Positions 50,199-59,591 of a DNA stretch of 64,000 bases are shown piece after piece. The first letter of the stretch is position 1. Each line of letters begins with the position of its first letter. The position numbers were made by a program, and so were the translations under genes. The DNA lies in assembly GCA_965261595.1 (NCBI GenBank), contig CBDHDG010000004.1, positions 352,001 through 416,000 on the forward strand. Direction: 5' to 3'. This stretch comes from a bacterium (GTDB lineage Bacteria; UBA8248; JACPRG01; G963555815). The notes under the pieces are model-generated. The model did not search any database. It saw only the letters and a program-made list of their open reading frames with translations, and was not told where the DNA came from.

Positions 50199-51164
50199 TC
50201 ACTCTACGCCCAGCTCGGCCAGAAACCTCCGGTATTCCAGAGCGATGGCGTCCGGACCCTTGACGTGCAGCTCCTCGCTCAAATCCAGGGGCAGCTCCTC
50301 GGGCCGCTGGTTCTCGATGATCACCAGGTCCTGCGCCATGACCGTGTCCGTGAGCTGTTCGCGCTTGGCCCCTTCCGGACGGTCGGACTGATAGTTGCGC
50401 GCGATGATCATGAACCGGGTGCACTCCCCGGCCGTATTCGGCGTGGAGACGTTCAGGTAGACCTCGGTCTTGCCGTCCGCCTCTTCTTTCCACTGGTAGA
50501 TGGTGAAGGGCCGGGTGAGGCGGTAGTTACGGCGGTGGGGGACGGGATGAAGCGTGTCGGCGTAGGTGTCGAGCCAGAAGCGGAGGTCTTCGCCGTCTCG
50601 CTCGATCTCGGCGTCCGGCACGCGCGCGTTCTCCCGGCTGCCCAGGATGCCTTCGTGGACCCACGGGAAGTGGCCCTGATCGATGAAGTTCTCCGTCGCC
50701 CGGGCGGCGCTGCACCTCTGGACGAGTTTCTTCCGGTAAAGCTCCTCGAAGCCGGGGTCCTCGAAGACCGGGTAATCGGGGATGGGGGTCCGCTCCTCCC
50801 CCAGGAGGACCCAGACCAGACCGTACTTCTCCCGCGCCCGACAAGTCTCAAGACACGCCTTTTTCGGGATGGGATGCTCGGGGGGAATCGAAGGAATGCG
50901 TGTGCATTTCCCTTCCGCGTTGTACGACCAGCCGTGGTAGGCGCAGACAATCTCCTCCCCTTCCACCCAGCCGAGGGAGAGGGGCGTTCCCCGGTGGATG
51001 CAGAGGTCCTTGAACGCCGCCGGACGGCCGCCCAGCCGGCACACGACGATGCGCTCGTCCAGGAGGATGAAGGGGACGGGCCTGTCGGTCACCTCGTGGT
51101 CATAGGCGACCGGATGCCAATACCCCCTCAGATCCGGCCAAAGCGCGCTTTCGAGCCTTGCCAT
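50199..51164 (-). CDS. Rieske oxygenase alpha subunit, copy 6
   Basis: DLCIHRG, CAYHGW, ENFIDQGHFPWVH, AQD, QRPEELPLDL. Confidence 0.92.
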   Translation of the reverse strand: MARLESALWPDLRGYWHPVAYDHEVTDRPVPFILLDERIVVCRLGGRPAAFKDLCIHRGTPLSLGWVEGEEIVCAYHGWSYNAEGKCTRIPSIPPEHPIPKKACLETCRAREKYGLVWVLLGEERTPIPDYPVFEDPGFEELYRKKLVQRCSAARATENFIDQGHFPWVHEGILGSRENARVPDAEIERDGEDLRFWLDTYADTLHPVPHRRNYRLTRPFTIYQWKEEADGKTEVYLNVSTPNTAGECTRFMIIARNYQSDRPEGAKREQLTDTVMAQDLVIIENQRPEELPLDLSEELHVKGPDAIALEYRRFLAELGVE

Positions 51165-51515
51165 TCTTTTCGTCCTCCGGAGCGACGCCGGCGGGCTTCG
51201 GGAATTCCGTTGCCTTGGGATCGGCGCGTAGCGGCATTCGCCGCGCCTACCCATATCCTACTGTCATTTCGGTGCGGATTTCCAGACCGGCCGCGGTTTC
51301 GCGTCGGAATCGGGTTGACCCGCCGGTCAATGTCCCGGGTGTGCAATCCGTGACGGCGATGATGTGGAGTCCGGGTCGCGGGGGGGGGGAAGGGGGGAGG
51401 AGGATGAGGACAGCGATCTTCGTAACTCAATGCTTCGGGGATTATTCTCCGGAGGGAGGCGACGGAGAGGGCGGGAACATCGCCGTTCGTCCTCTCCGCC
51501 GGGAGTGATTCACCT

Positions 51516-52103
51516 CTAGGCTTTACGGTCTCCCTTCTTGAGGAAAATCCCGCCTCCTTTCCAAGGCGTCCCCAAGGCGGGTAGAAGCCACCGGTCCAGG
51601 CCAATGTAGCCCGCGGTTTTCCACGCCAGGATGAGGAGCACAGACAGAGCGAAGAGCGCCGGGTTGAGCGACGCGGTTCCGGCCATCAGGAACGAGAAGT
51701 TCATGAGCATCCCGAACAACGCCGCGATGGCCGTCAGGGCGCCGAGGATCAGGGCGATCCCGATCAGCAGCTCGCCGTAGGCGATGACCTTGCCGAAAAG
51801 CCCCCACCACTCGTTGTCCAGCAGGTACTGGAGAAAATCCCGGTACCACCCGAACGCCATCTCGGGATGAGCCCCCTGGGTTTTGGCCTTGAGGACAAAC
51901 GTCCAATACCCCTTGACGGCGACGCCGGTCTTCACCCAGGCGGGATTCCCTCGCTTGCCGAGGGCGGCGTGAATCCACTCGTACCACACGTACAGGCGGA
52001 CGATCATCCAGATCCACGCCGCGTGCGAATCGTTGAACAGGAATTTCGCGAACGGCGGGTCCTCGAAATTCCACCTTCCTCTTGCCACGGATTCGGCAGC
52101 CAT
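51516..52103 (-). CDS. DoxX/DoxD-family membrane protein
   Basis: WMIVRLY, WYRDFL, GELLIGIALILG, AGYIGLDRWL. Confidence 0.85.
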   Translation of the reverse strand: MAAESVARGRWNFEDPPFAKFLFNDSHAAWIWMIVRLYVWYEWIHAALGKRGNPAWVKTGVAVKGYWTFVLKAKTQGAHPEMAFGWYRDFLQYLLDNEWWGLFGKVIAYGELLIGIALILGALTAIAALFGMLMNFSFLMAGTASLNPALFALSVLLILAWKTAGYIGLDRWLLPALGTPWKGGGIFLKKGDRKA

Positions 52104-52145
52104 CGTTTGGTCCTCCTTATGTTATGGCGCCGGCCTCGGGCCCGC

Positions 52146-52576
52146 TCAGTTTTGACTGGCCCGAACGACCAGGACCGGGATGGGGCTGTTCCGGACGACC
52201 TTCTCCGCCACGCTGCCCAGCAGCCAGCGTCCGACGCCGGAGCGGCCGTGGGTGGTCATGGCGATGAGGTCGAACTTCCGATGCTCGGTGTGATCGAGGA
52301 TCTCCTCCGCCGGATGTCCGTAACGGACGTGGGATTCGACCTTCAATCCCTTCTCGCGCAGACTGGCTTCCAGTTTTCTCAGGTATTCCTCGCCTCCTTG
52401 ACGACTTCGACCTGGCCCTCGACCGGATCCATGCCGGGAAGGGTGTGGGCCATCGCCACCCGAAGGAGGTGGACTTCACTTCCGCCGCCGTTGTTGATGT
52501 TCCGAACGTGAGGGATGATCTGCTCGGCCAGCTCCGATCCGTCCAGCGTGACCAGAATCTTCTTGTACATTTTCAT
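52146..52576 (-). pseudogene. Universal stress protein, frameshifted near 52385
   Basis: MYKKILVTLDGSELAE in one frame; THGRSG..RWLLGSVAEKV in another. Confidence 0.85.
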
Positions 52577-52623
52577 GTCCTCCTTGCCAAAAACCGTCAC
52601 CGATGAGCGCCGCCGCGAACCGC

Positions 52624-53085
52624 TCACGGGCTCTCGAACGCGAACGCCTCCTTCCTCACCGTCCAAACGGGTTTGCGCGCGATCCGGACGACGGTTTCCG
52701 CCACGCTGCCCATGAATGCGTGCGCCACGCCGGTCCTCCCATGCGTGGCCATGACAATGATGTCCGCCCGCTCTTCGTCGGCCGTCCGGGCGATCTGAAC
52801 CGAAGCGACGCCGGCCGCCACGCGCCTGCGGATCCGGATGTCGCGGATCAGGGCCGCGGGGACGTTGTCCCGGACGAATTCCTCCAACTGCCGGTCCACG
52901 TCCCCCCCCACCCGCTCCCATGGGTTGCCGGGAAAGAAGACCATGGCCTCGGCCTGGTTCGTCGCAACCACGTTCAGAACGATCAGCTCGGCGCCGAAGT
53001 GATCGGCGAGCTCGGCGGCCTGAAGGAGCCCCGTTGCGCTGTACAGCGAAAAATCGACGGGCGCGAGTATCCGTTCGATCTTCAT
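52624..53085 (-). CDS. Universal stress protein
   Basis: ILAPVDFS, MATHGRTG, GSVAE. Confidence 0.92.
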   Translation of the reverse strand: MKIERILAPVDFSLYSATGLLQAAELADHFGAELIVLNVVATNQAEAMVFFPGNPWERVGGDVDRQLEEFVRDNVPAALIRDIRIRRRVAAGVASVQIARTADEERADIIVMATHGRTGVAHAFMGSVAETVVRIARKPVWTVRKEAFAFESP

Positions 53086-53594
53086 GCGTCCTCTCCTTCG
53101 CGGTCCGATTCAACCTCCAAGCGTCCGAGACCTCCCTGGGGATCGAGCCCTTCGGGATGGAGGGTGAGCACCGGGCAGTCCGCCATCCGCACCACCTTCT
53201 CGGCCACGCTGCCGACGAGCATGTGATTGAACCCGGTGCGGCCGTGGGTGGATATGACGATCAGGTCGCAACCCTCCTCTCTCGCCTTTTGGATGATCTC
53301 CACGAAGGGGACGCCGCTCGCCGCGGCCGTCTCGGCCTTCGAAGCGCTTGGTCCCGGGCCCGCGGCCTTCTCGTAGCGCTCGGCGGCCGCAAGCTCCGCC
53401 TCCTTGAAAATCTCGTCCACGTAGCTGGAAGGGGGCGGCAGGGTCAGTTTCCGCTCCATCTCCTGAAGCGTCAGGACGTGAAACACCAGGACCTCCGATC
53501 CGAACGCCTTGGCCAGAGAATCCGCGCAGCGGAGACCCGCGTCCGAGTGGGCGGAAAAATCGGTCGGGGCCAGGATCTTCTTGAACCGTTTCAT
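53082..53594 (-). CDS. Universal stress protein
   Basis: KKILAPTDFS, STHGRTG, GSVAEKVVRMADCPVL. Confidence 0.92.
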   Translation of the reverse strand: MKRFKKILAPTDFSAHSDAGLRCADSLAKAFGSEVLVFHVLTLQEMERKLTLPPPSSYVDEIFKEAELAAAERYEKAAGPGPSASKAETAAASGVPFVEIIQKAREEGCDLIVISTHGRTGFNHMLVGSVAEKVVRMADCPVLTLHPEGLDPQGGLGRLEVESDREGEDA

Positions 53595-53611
53595 CGTTCG
53601 GACCTCCCCTT

Positions 53612-54367
53612 TCATTCCGGGACGCTTTCCTCATCATCCCCCGCCAACCCCAAGGACTCCCGCTCGGTGAGGGCGCTCAGGGCCTCCCGATCGGACACGG
53701 CGATGAGCCGGCGTCCCAATTGAAGGTGCCCTTCCCGCTGAAGCTGTCCGAGCGTCCGGATGGCCGTCTCCGGCGTCGTCCCCAGCATCTCGGCGATCTC
53801 GGCCCGGGCCAGCGGAATGCCCAGCTCCCAATGGCCGTTGACCGGCCGGCCGTAGCGCTCGAAGAGTCTCGACAGCAGGTGGAGCGCACGGAGGCGGACC
53901 GGCTGATAAGCGAGGTGCGCGTTCCGCGCCCTGGCTTCCCCGAGGGAGGCGTTGAGGCTCTCCACCATCTTCACCAGGAGATCGGGCTCCCGGCGCGCCA
54001 GCTCGGCCATCTTCCGCCGGCTCACGTGATTCACAACGGCCGGCGTCACCGCCTCGGCGGACACGGAGTGAACGGCGCCTTCGGAAAATGAGAAGTCGCC
54101 GAACCAGCCGCACGGACCGAGGATGTCTACAATGCTCTGCTTGCCTTCGGGGGATTCGCGGATCAGCTTCACGGCCCCGCCGCAAAGGAAGTGAAAATCA
54201 TCGACCGGCTCGTCCTGAAAATAGACCAGCTCCCCGCTTTGATATTGACGGGTCTTGAAGGAACGGCTCAGCGGATCCAGGATTTCCCCGGGCAGCGATT
54301 CCAAAGGCCCATTCATTCGCTTCGGGCAGTTCGTGCAGTCGAACATCCGTTCATCCCCCCTTCTCAT
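53612..54367 (-). CDS. Crp/Fnr-family transcriptional regulator with N-terminal Cys cluster
   Basis: CTNC N-terminus, cNMP-binding fold, HTH RAEIAEMLGTTPETAIR. Confidence 0.9.
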   Translation of the reverse strand: MRRGDERMFDCTNCPKRMNGPLESLPGEILDPLSRSFKTRQYQSGELVYFQDEPVDDFHFLCGGAVKLIRESPEGKQSIVDILGPCGWFGDFSFSEGAVHSVSAEAVTPAVVNHVSRRKMAELARREPDLLVKMVESLNASLGEARARNAHLAYQPVRLRALHLLSRLFERYGRPVNGHWELGIPLARAEIAEMLGTTPETAIRTLGQLQREGHLQLGRRLIAVSDREALSALTERESLGLAGDDEESVPE

Positions 54368-54580
54368 TCGGGTTTCATCAACGTCACGCCCCTATAACAA
54401 GGCAACATGGGCGCCGCTTTTCGTATGGGATTGAATCGGTGACCGACGGAGGGATCATGATTTGTGGAAAATAAATAAGTAATTAAACATCAATTGGTTA
54501 TAAGGATAATCCCAGAAACTGCCGATTGCGCTTCCGAAAAATTCGGGGCGGTGATGTCTGGATGGCTGCGGGGATTGGTG

Positions 54581-54969
54581 TGGAGTTGACCCGGTTTGGT
54601 GGACACCTGATGATTTGGGGGTAAAGGAGGTGTTCACGATGCCACAGACTCACCCACGCTATCCAATGGAGTTCCGCTGCCAGATGGTAGAGTTGGTCCG
54701 GGCGGGACGCACGCCCGAGGCGCTGGCGCACGAGTTCGAGCCCTCGGCGCAGACGATCCGCACCTGGGCCCATCAAGCCGACGTTGACGAGGGGCGTCGC
54801 AAAGACGGGCTCACGAGCGATGAGCGGGAGGAGTTGCGCCGACTTCGCCGCGAGAACCGACAGCTCCGCCAGGAGCGGGAGATCTTAGCAAAAGCCGCGG
54901 CCTGGTTTGCTCGGGAGACCGATTCGATCCCGTCCGGATCTACGGGTTCGTGAGGGCGAACCAAGCCAT
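54581..54969 (+). mobile_element. Truncated IS3-family element (left end plus orfA 54639-54953)
   Basis: TGGAGTTGACCCGG...GTGGACA left end; orfA MPQTHPRYPMEFR...EREILAKAAAWF; cut just after the orfB start. Confidence 0.85.
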
Positions 54970-54974
54970 TGGAG

Positions 54975-56014
54975 TTACCCCGTTTCAGTGGACAGTTTAG
55001 GGCTGTCGTCCCCAGCCCTGAGGTGGGCAACAGCCGGTGGACGTACAGTCTTCTCCCGATCCGATAGATAGGGTGCCCCCGGGGGGTATGTCTTGACCTT
55101 TGGCTCGCTGCTCCGGGAAGCACCGGGGACGGCTCGAGCCGGACGATGAGCGTTGCGCACTGCACGTGGCGTTTCCTTCGCCACGGCGCGTTCGAAGTCG
55201 TTGGGGCTGAGGTAACCCAGGGCCGAATGACGACGGCGTGGGTTGTACCAGCCTTCGATGAATTGGAAGATCGCCAGGCGCGCTTCGGCCTGGGTACGGA
55301 ACGAGCGCCGGTCGATGAGCTCGCACTCCAGCGTGGCGAAGAAGCTCTCGGCCATGGCGTTGTCGAAGCAATCCCCGGCCGACCCGGTCGAGGGAACCAC
55401 CCCCATCTCCCGGCACCGCTTCCCAAAGGCAAGCGAGGTGTACTGCGAGCCCTGGTCGGAGTGATGTACGACCCCTTGGGGCGGCGCTGTCCCAACGCCA
55501 TGTTCAGCGCCCCGAGCACCAGTTCGGTGCGAAGATGGTGGGTCATGGACCATCCCACCACCCGGCGGCTGAACACGTCGAGCACGATGGCCAGGTACAC
55601 GAACCCCGTCCAGGTCGGCACGTAGGTCACGTCGGCCACCCAAAGCCGATCCGGCGCATCGGCCTGGAACTGGCGTTCGACCCGGTCCGGGACCACACAA
55701 TGGCTCTGGTCCACGCGCGTAGTGCGCATGCCTCGGCGTCGGCTCACCCCGGCCAACCCTGCCTCGCGCATCAGACGAGCCACCCGTTTGCGGCTCACCC
55801 GGCAGCCGCCGGCCATCAGCTCGGCATGGACCCGAGGCGCCCCGTAGGTGCCACCAGATACCTCGTGGATGGCCCGGATCGTGCCACGCAACGCCTCCTC
55901 GCGCTTCGCACGATTCGAACGCCCACGGCTTCGCCACGCGTAGTATCCGCTGGGGGAGACACCCAGCCGACGGCACATCGTGGCCACCCGATGGCAGGCC
56001 TGATTCGCCTTCAC
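54975..56014 (-). pseudogene. IS3 orfB DDE transposase, frameshifted near 55480
   Basis: WVADVTY, DVFSRRVVGW, then HHSDQGSQY, DNAMAESFF, YNPRRRHSALGY in a shifted frame. Confidence 0.85.
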
Positions 56015-56325
56015 GAGCTCGAAGACTTCGCCCGGACCGAGCCGGTCTCCCGAGCGAACCAGGCCGTAGCTTTTGCCAGTATCTCGCGTTCTTCGCGAAG
56101 CTGACGATTCTCCCGACGAAGCCGCCGTAGCTCCTCGAGCTCTGAGCTTGTCAGACCGTCCTCACGACGGCCCTCGTCGCGGTCGGCCTGGCGCACCCAG
56201 TTGCGAATCGCCGAAGCGGAACACTCGAACTCCCGGGCCAGCTCCCCGGGCGTACGGCCCGAGCGAACCAGCTCAACCATCTGGTGCCGGTACTCCGGCG
56301 CGTAGGGTGAATGTGTTTTCGCCAT
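56011..56325 (-). CDS. IS3 orfA
   Basis: YAPEYR..MVEL, IRNWVRQAD, leucine-zipper ELRRLRRENRQL. Confidence 0.88.
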   Translation of the reverse strand: MAKTHSPYAPEYRHQMVELVRSGRTPGELAREFECSASAIRNWVRQADRDEGRREDGLTSSELEELRRLRRENRQLREEREILAKATAWFARETGSVRAKSSSS

Positions 56326-56460
56326 CTGAACACCTCCTCCGCACAGTCTGAAGGTGTCCACAAAAACGGGGCAACTCCATTCCATTCATTTTATAGATCC
56401 CTTTCGTGAAGGTTCCAGTCCATCCCGGTCCCGAAACGACCGAATCAGCCCTGCTTCTTT

Positions 56461-56472
56461 ACACCCGACGCA
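56461..56472 (-). other. Candidate MOBF oriT nic sequence
   Basis: TGCGTCGGGTGT matches 11 of 12 positions of the F-plasmid pre-nick sequence TGCGTGGGGTGT; it lies upstream of traD-trwC. Confidence 0.45.
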
Positions 56473-56543
56473 GGCGCAAGGGTTCCCCGTCAATCCCTAT
56501 GTAATGGCGAATACGTCTTCACGGCCTTAAGGCCGTTAATTGG

Positions 56544-56660
56544 TCACACCTTCCTGACCACCCATAACACCTTGCCGAGGATGTGTACGTCCTGGACAAG
56601 GCACGTGTACGGGGCGTAGTCCGGGTTGGCGGAGAGTAGCGTGATCCGGACCGGGTCGCG
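56544..56660 (-). pseudogene. C-terminal remnant of an S24/LexA-type repressor
   Basis: RITLLSANPDY.PY....VHILGKVLW resembles a peptidase S24 C-terminus; no HTH part visible. Confidence 0.55.
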
Positions 56661-56909
56661 CCTGATCGCCTCTCTCTCGTTCCTGTTCCTCTCTGAACTC
56701 ATCCTTCCCCTTCCACCTGCCGTCTCCCCGGTTTTTGCCATATCCCCGCGCATTCCACCGCGACCGTGCGCAGGAATGTCAACAAACTGTAGGCCATACA
56801 CTATCGATACCTGTGGGCGAACTCGCACCTTCCCCTTAAGTTCCTTCCCATGACAACGCTCGACACCCACTCCGACCTGCCCCTGGACGAGCGCCCGCGC
56901 CGGTCCCTT

Positions 56910-57305
56910 CTACGGGGACGGGGTGCTGGGACCATGACCGCGAAGGGGATCGTGGTCGTGGAGATCCCGGTCCTCGACATCGCGTAGCCATGCGTAGCGG
57001 CCGGTCTTGGTCGACCAGTCGAACCGGTCGCCGCCGTCTTCCGGGAGCCCGTAGCGGCCGAAGGCCGACCAGTCGCGATAGCGGAACCCCCGCCACAGGG
57101 CGCACGCGAGGGCGGCAAGGGCGGTCCAGATCATTGCCCAGAACCAAATCCCCCCGAGCAAGCGGACATTGGTCCCGGTGGCCACGGAAAAGACGGTGAC
57201 GGCGAGGGCGAGGGCGCCGAGGACGAAGGCGCGGGCGCGGCAGCTGGGCCTGACGGGGACATGGGGCACATGGGGGATGCTACTGGATGGATTGGGATCG
57301 GTCAT
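56910..57305 (-). CDS. Small hypothetical membrane protein
   Basis: 131-aa ORF with two hydrophobic segments; GGAGG RBS upstream. Confidence 0.55.
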   Translation of the reverse strand: MTDPNPSSSIPHVPHVPVRPSCRARAFVLGALALAVTVFSVATGTNVRLLGGIWFWAMIWTALAALACALWRGFRYRDWSAFGRYGLPEDGGDRFDWSTKTGRYAWLRDVEDRDLHDHDPLRGHGPSTPSP

Positions 57306-57471
57306 GGATGGTTCCTCCGGGGTTGGGGTTCAAGGCGTCTCGGGCGCCAGCCTCTCCGGTCCCGGCGTCCCGCGCCCAGGCTCCGGCCCGCCTCGACCTC
57401 CCGCCCGGCGCATTGCAACGGAATGGCGCCAAGACCGCCGCTATCCACACCACCTTGAACGGGAGGACCCG

Positions 57472-59590
57472 ATGATGTTCGGCAACGCAACGCTCAGGGG
57501 CGGCCAGACCCTGGCCCACGACGTCCACATGTGGGGCCAGCTGGTCCGCTGGGGGCTTTTGGGCATCGCCCTGACGGTCGTCCTGGTCCCCGCCGTGGCC
57601 CTGTTCCGCACCACGACCGCCCATGAATGGCGCCTCGTCGGAACGGGCACCCTCGCCCAGGTCAAGCTCGCGCTCGGGTATCCACGTCATTCCCTCCAGG
57701 CGTACGAGTGGCGAGAGGGCCAAAAAACGGCCCTGAGAATCGTGGATATCGCCCAGGACCCCAGGATCGAAAGGATCCGGAAACGCATGCTCCATACCGT
57801 CTACGCCAGGGCGTGGCTCGGCCTCTGGATCGGAGTGGGGGGCGCGGTCCTCTGTACGGTCCTGTTCTCGGTCCTGGGAAGGCGCCTGGACCGTGCCCAA
57901 CGGGGTCCGCGGCGCGGAAATGACGACGGCCCGGGAGCTGAGAAGGCGCGTGCAGCCCGTGTCCGCGCGCCTGGCCGAGGCCCTGTTCCCCGCCGCGCGC
58001 CGAGCCTCCTGCCGCATCGCCGGGATCCCCTGGCCCAGGCGCGCCGAGACCCAGCACACCATCGTCTCCGGCACCACCGGCTCGGGCAAGACCGTCCTGA
58101 TCTCCGACCTCGTTGCCCGGCTCCGCGCCCGGGGCGAGCGCTGCATCCTCTACGACAAGATGGGGAGCTATACCCGCTCCTTCTTCGATCCCTCTTGTGA
58201 TGTGCTGATGAACCCCCTGGACGCCCGGGCGCCCCGCTGGTCCCCCTTCTTCGAGGCGAGGACGCCCCGGGACTTCGACATGATGGCCGCCGCCCTCATC
58301 CCCCAGCAGAAGGACACGGTGGACCCCTTCTGGGTCACGGCCGCGAGGCAACTGTTTTCCAACGGTGCGGGCGTGCTCTGGAAGAAGGGCGTGACCGAGA
58401 ACCGGGTGCTCGTCGACCACCTGCTCAAGACCGACCTGACGGCCCTGGCCCGGGCCATGGAGGGCACGGTGGCCCAGTCCATCGTGGACCCCGAAAACCC
58501 CAAGACCGCGCTCTCCGTCCGGGCCATGCTGACCGCGCACCTGGGAGCGCTCGAGTTCCTGCCCGATACGGGAGAGCCCTTCTCGATCCGGGACTGGGTG
58601 GGAAGGGAGGACGGGACCGGGTTCCTGTTCCTGACCTCCCGGGGCGACCAGCACGCGAGCCTGAGAGGGCTCATCTCCACCTGGCTCGAGATCGCGGTGA
58701 ACGCGCTCCTTTCCCTCCATCAGGACGACGCGCGCCGGGTCTGGGTAGTCCTGGACGAGCTGCCCACCCTCCACCAGGTGCCGAGCCTCCAGCCGGGGCT
58801 GGCCGAGTCCCGCCAGTTCGGCGGGTGCTTCGTGCTCGGGATCCAGGTGATCTCGGCCCTGCGCGACCTCTACGGAAAAAACGGGGCGGAGACGATATCC
58901 GGGCTTTGCGGCACCCGGGTGGTGCTGGCCGCGCCCGACCAGGAGACGGCCCGGTGGTCGGCCGAGAGCCTGGGGCGGGGCGAGGTCGAGGAATACGCCC
59001 ACGGCATGAGCTACGGGGCCAGCGTGCTGCGCGACGGGGTCTCGCTCACCCAGCGCCGGGAGATGCGCTCCCTGGCCCTGCCGTCGGAGATCATGCGGCT
59101 TGAGAACCTCCAGGGGTATCTGAAGTTCCCCGGGCCCTGGCCCGTGGCCCGGATCAAGCTCGACTACGTCACGAGGCCCAAGGCGGCCGAGCGCTTCGTG
59201 CCCAGGGAGGAGGAGGCGGCGCAGGTAACGGACGCCGTGGAGTCCGGGCCGCCGGAGGATGACGGAGGCATTGCGGCCTCGCCGTCGGAACCTGCAATCG
59301 AATCCCGGCAAGAGGAACTCGCACTCAAGCACCCCCAGGGTTCCAGATCGGGGACGCGGGAACGGGTCGAGGCGAGGGAATCCGGGCAGGCCTCAGCGAC
59401 ACCCCGTGGAGAATCCACGAGGCAGCCTCACAAGAAATCCGAAAAGGACGAAACGGGTGCGGCCGATGATCATGGGACCGACACCGAAGGCGTCCCGGCC
59501 CTTTCGCTTCCGGGCAAGAGCGGGAACAGCACGCCCGGGTGCGGGGAGCCACGACCAAAGCCGCCTCAGGGCCGTTTGAGGCGCCTCTGA
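57472..59590 (+). pseudogene. traD: Type IV coupling protein TraD/TrwB, frameshifted near 57900
   Basis: N-terminal TM part (RGGQ..AH..HM), then RGAE, GTTGSGKT, NPLDAR, LDELPTL, ESRQFGGC. Confidence 0.88.
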
Positions 59591-59591
59591 C

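Larger units (their letters stand above)
54970..56379 (-). mobile_element. IS3-family element, apparently full length
   Basis: Ends TGGAGTTACCCCGTTTCAGTGGACA (54970) and, inverted, TGGAGTTGCCCCGTTTTTGTGGACA (56379). Confidence 0.9.
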
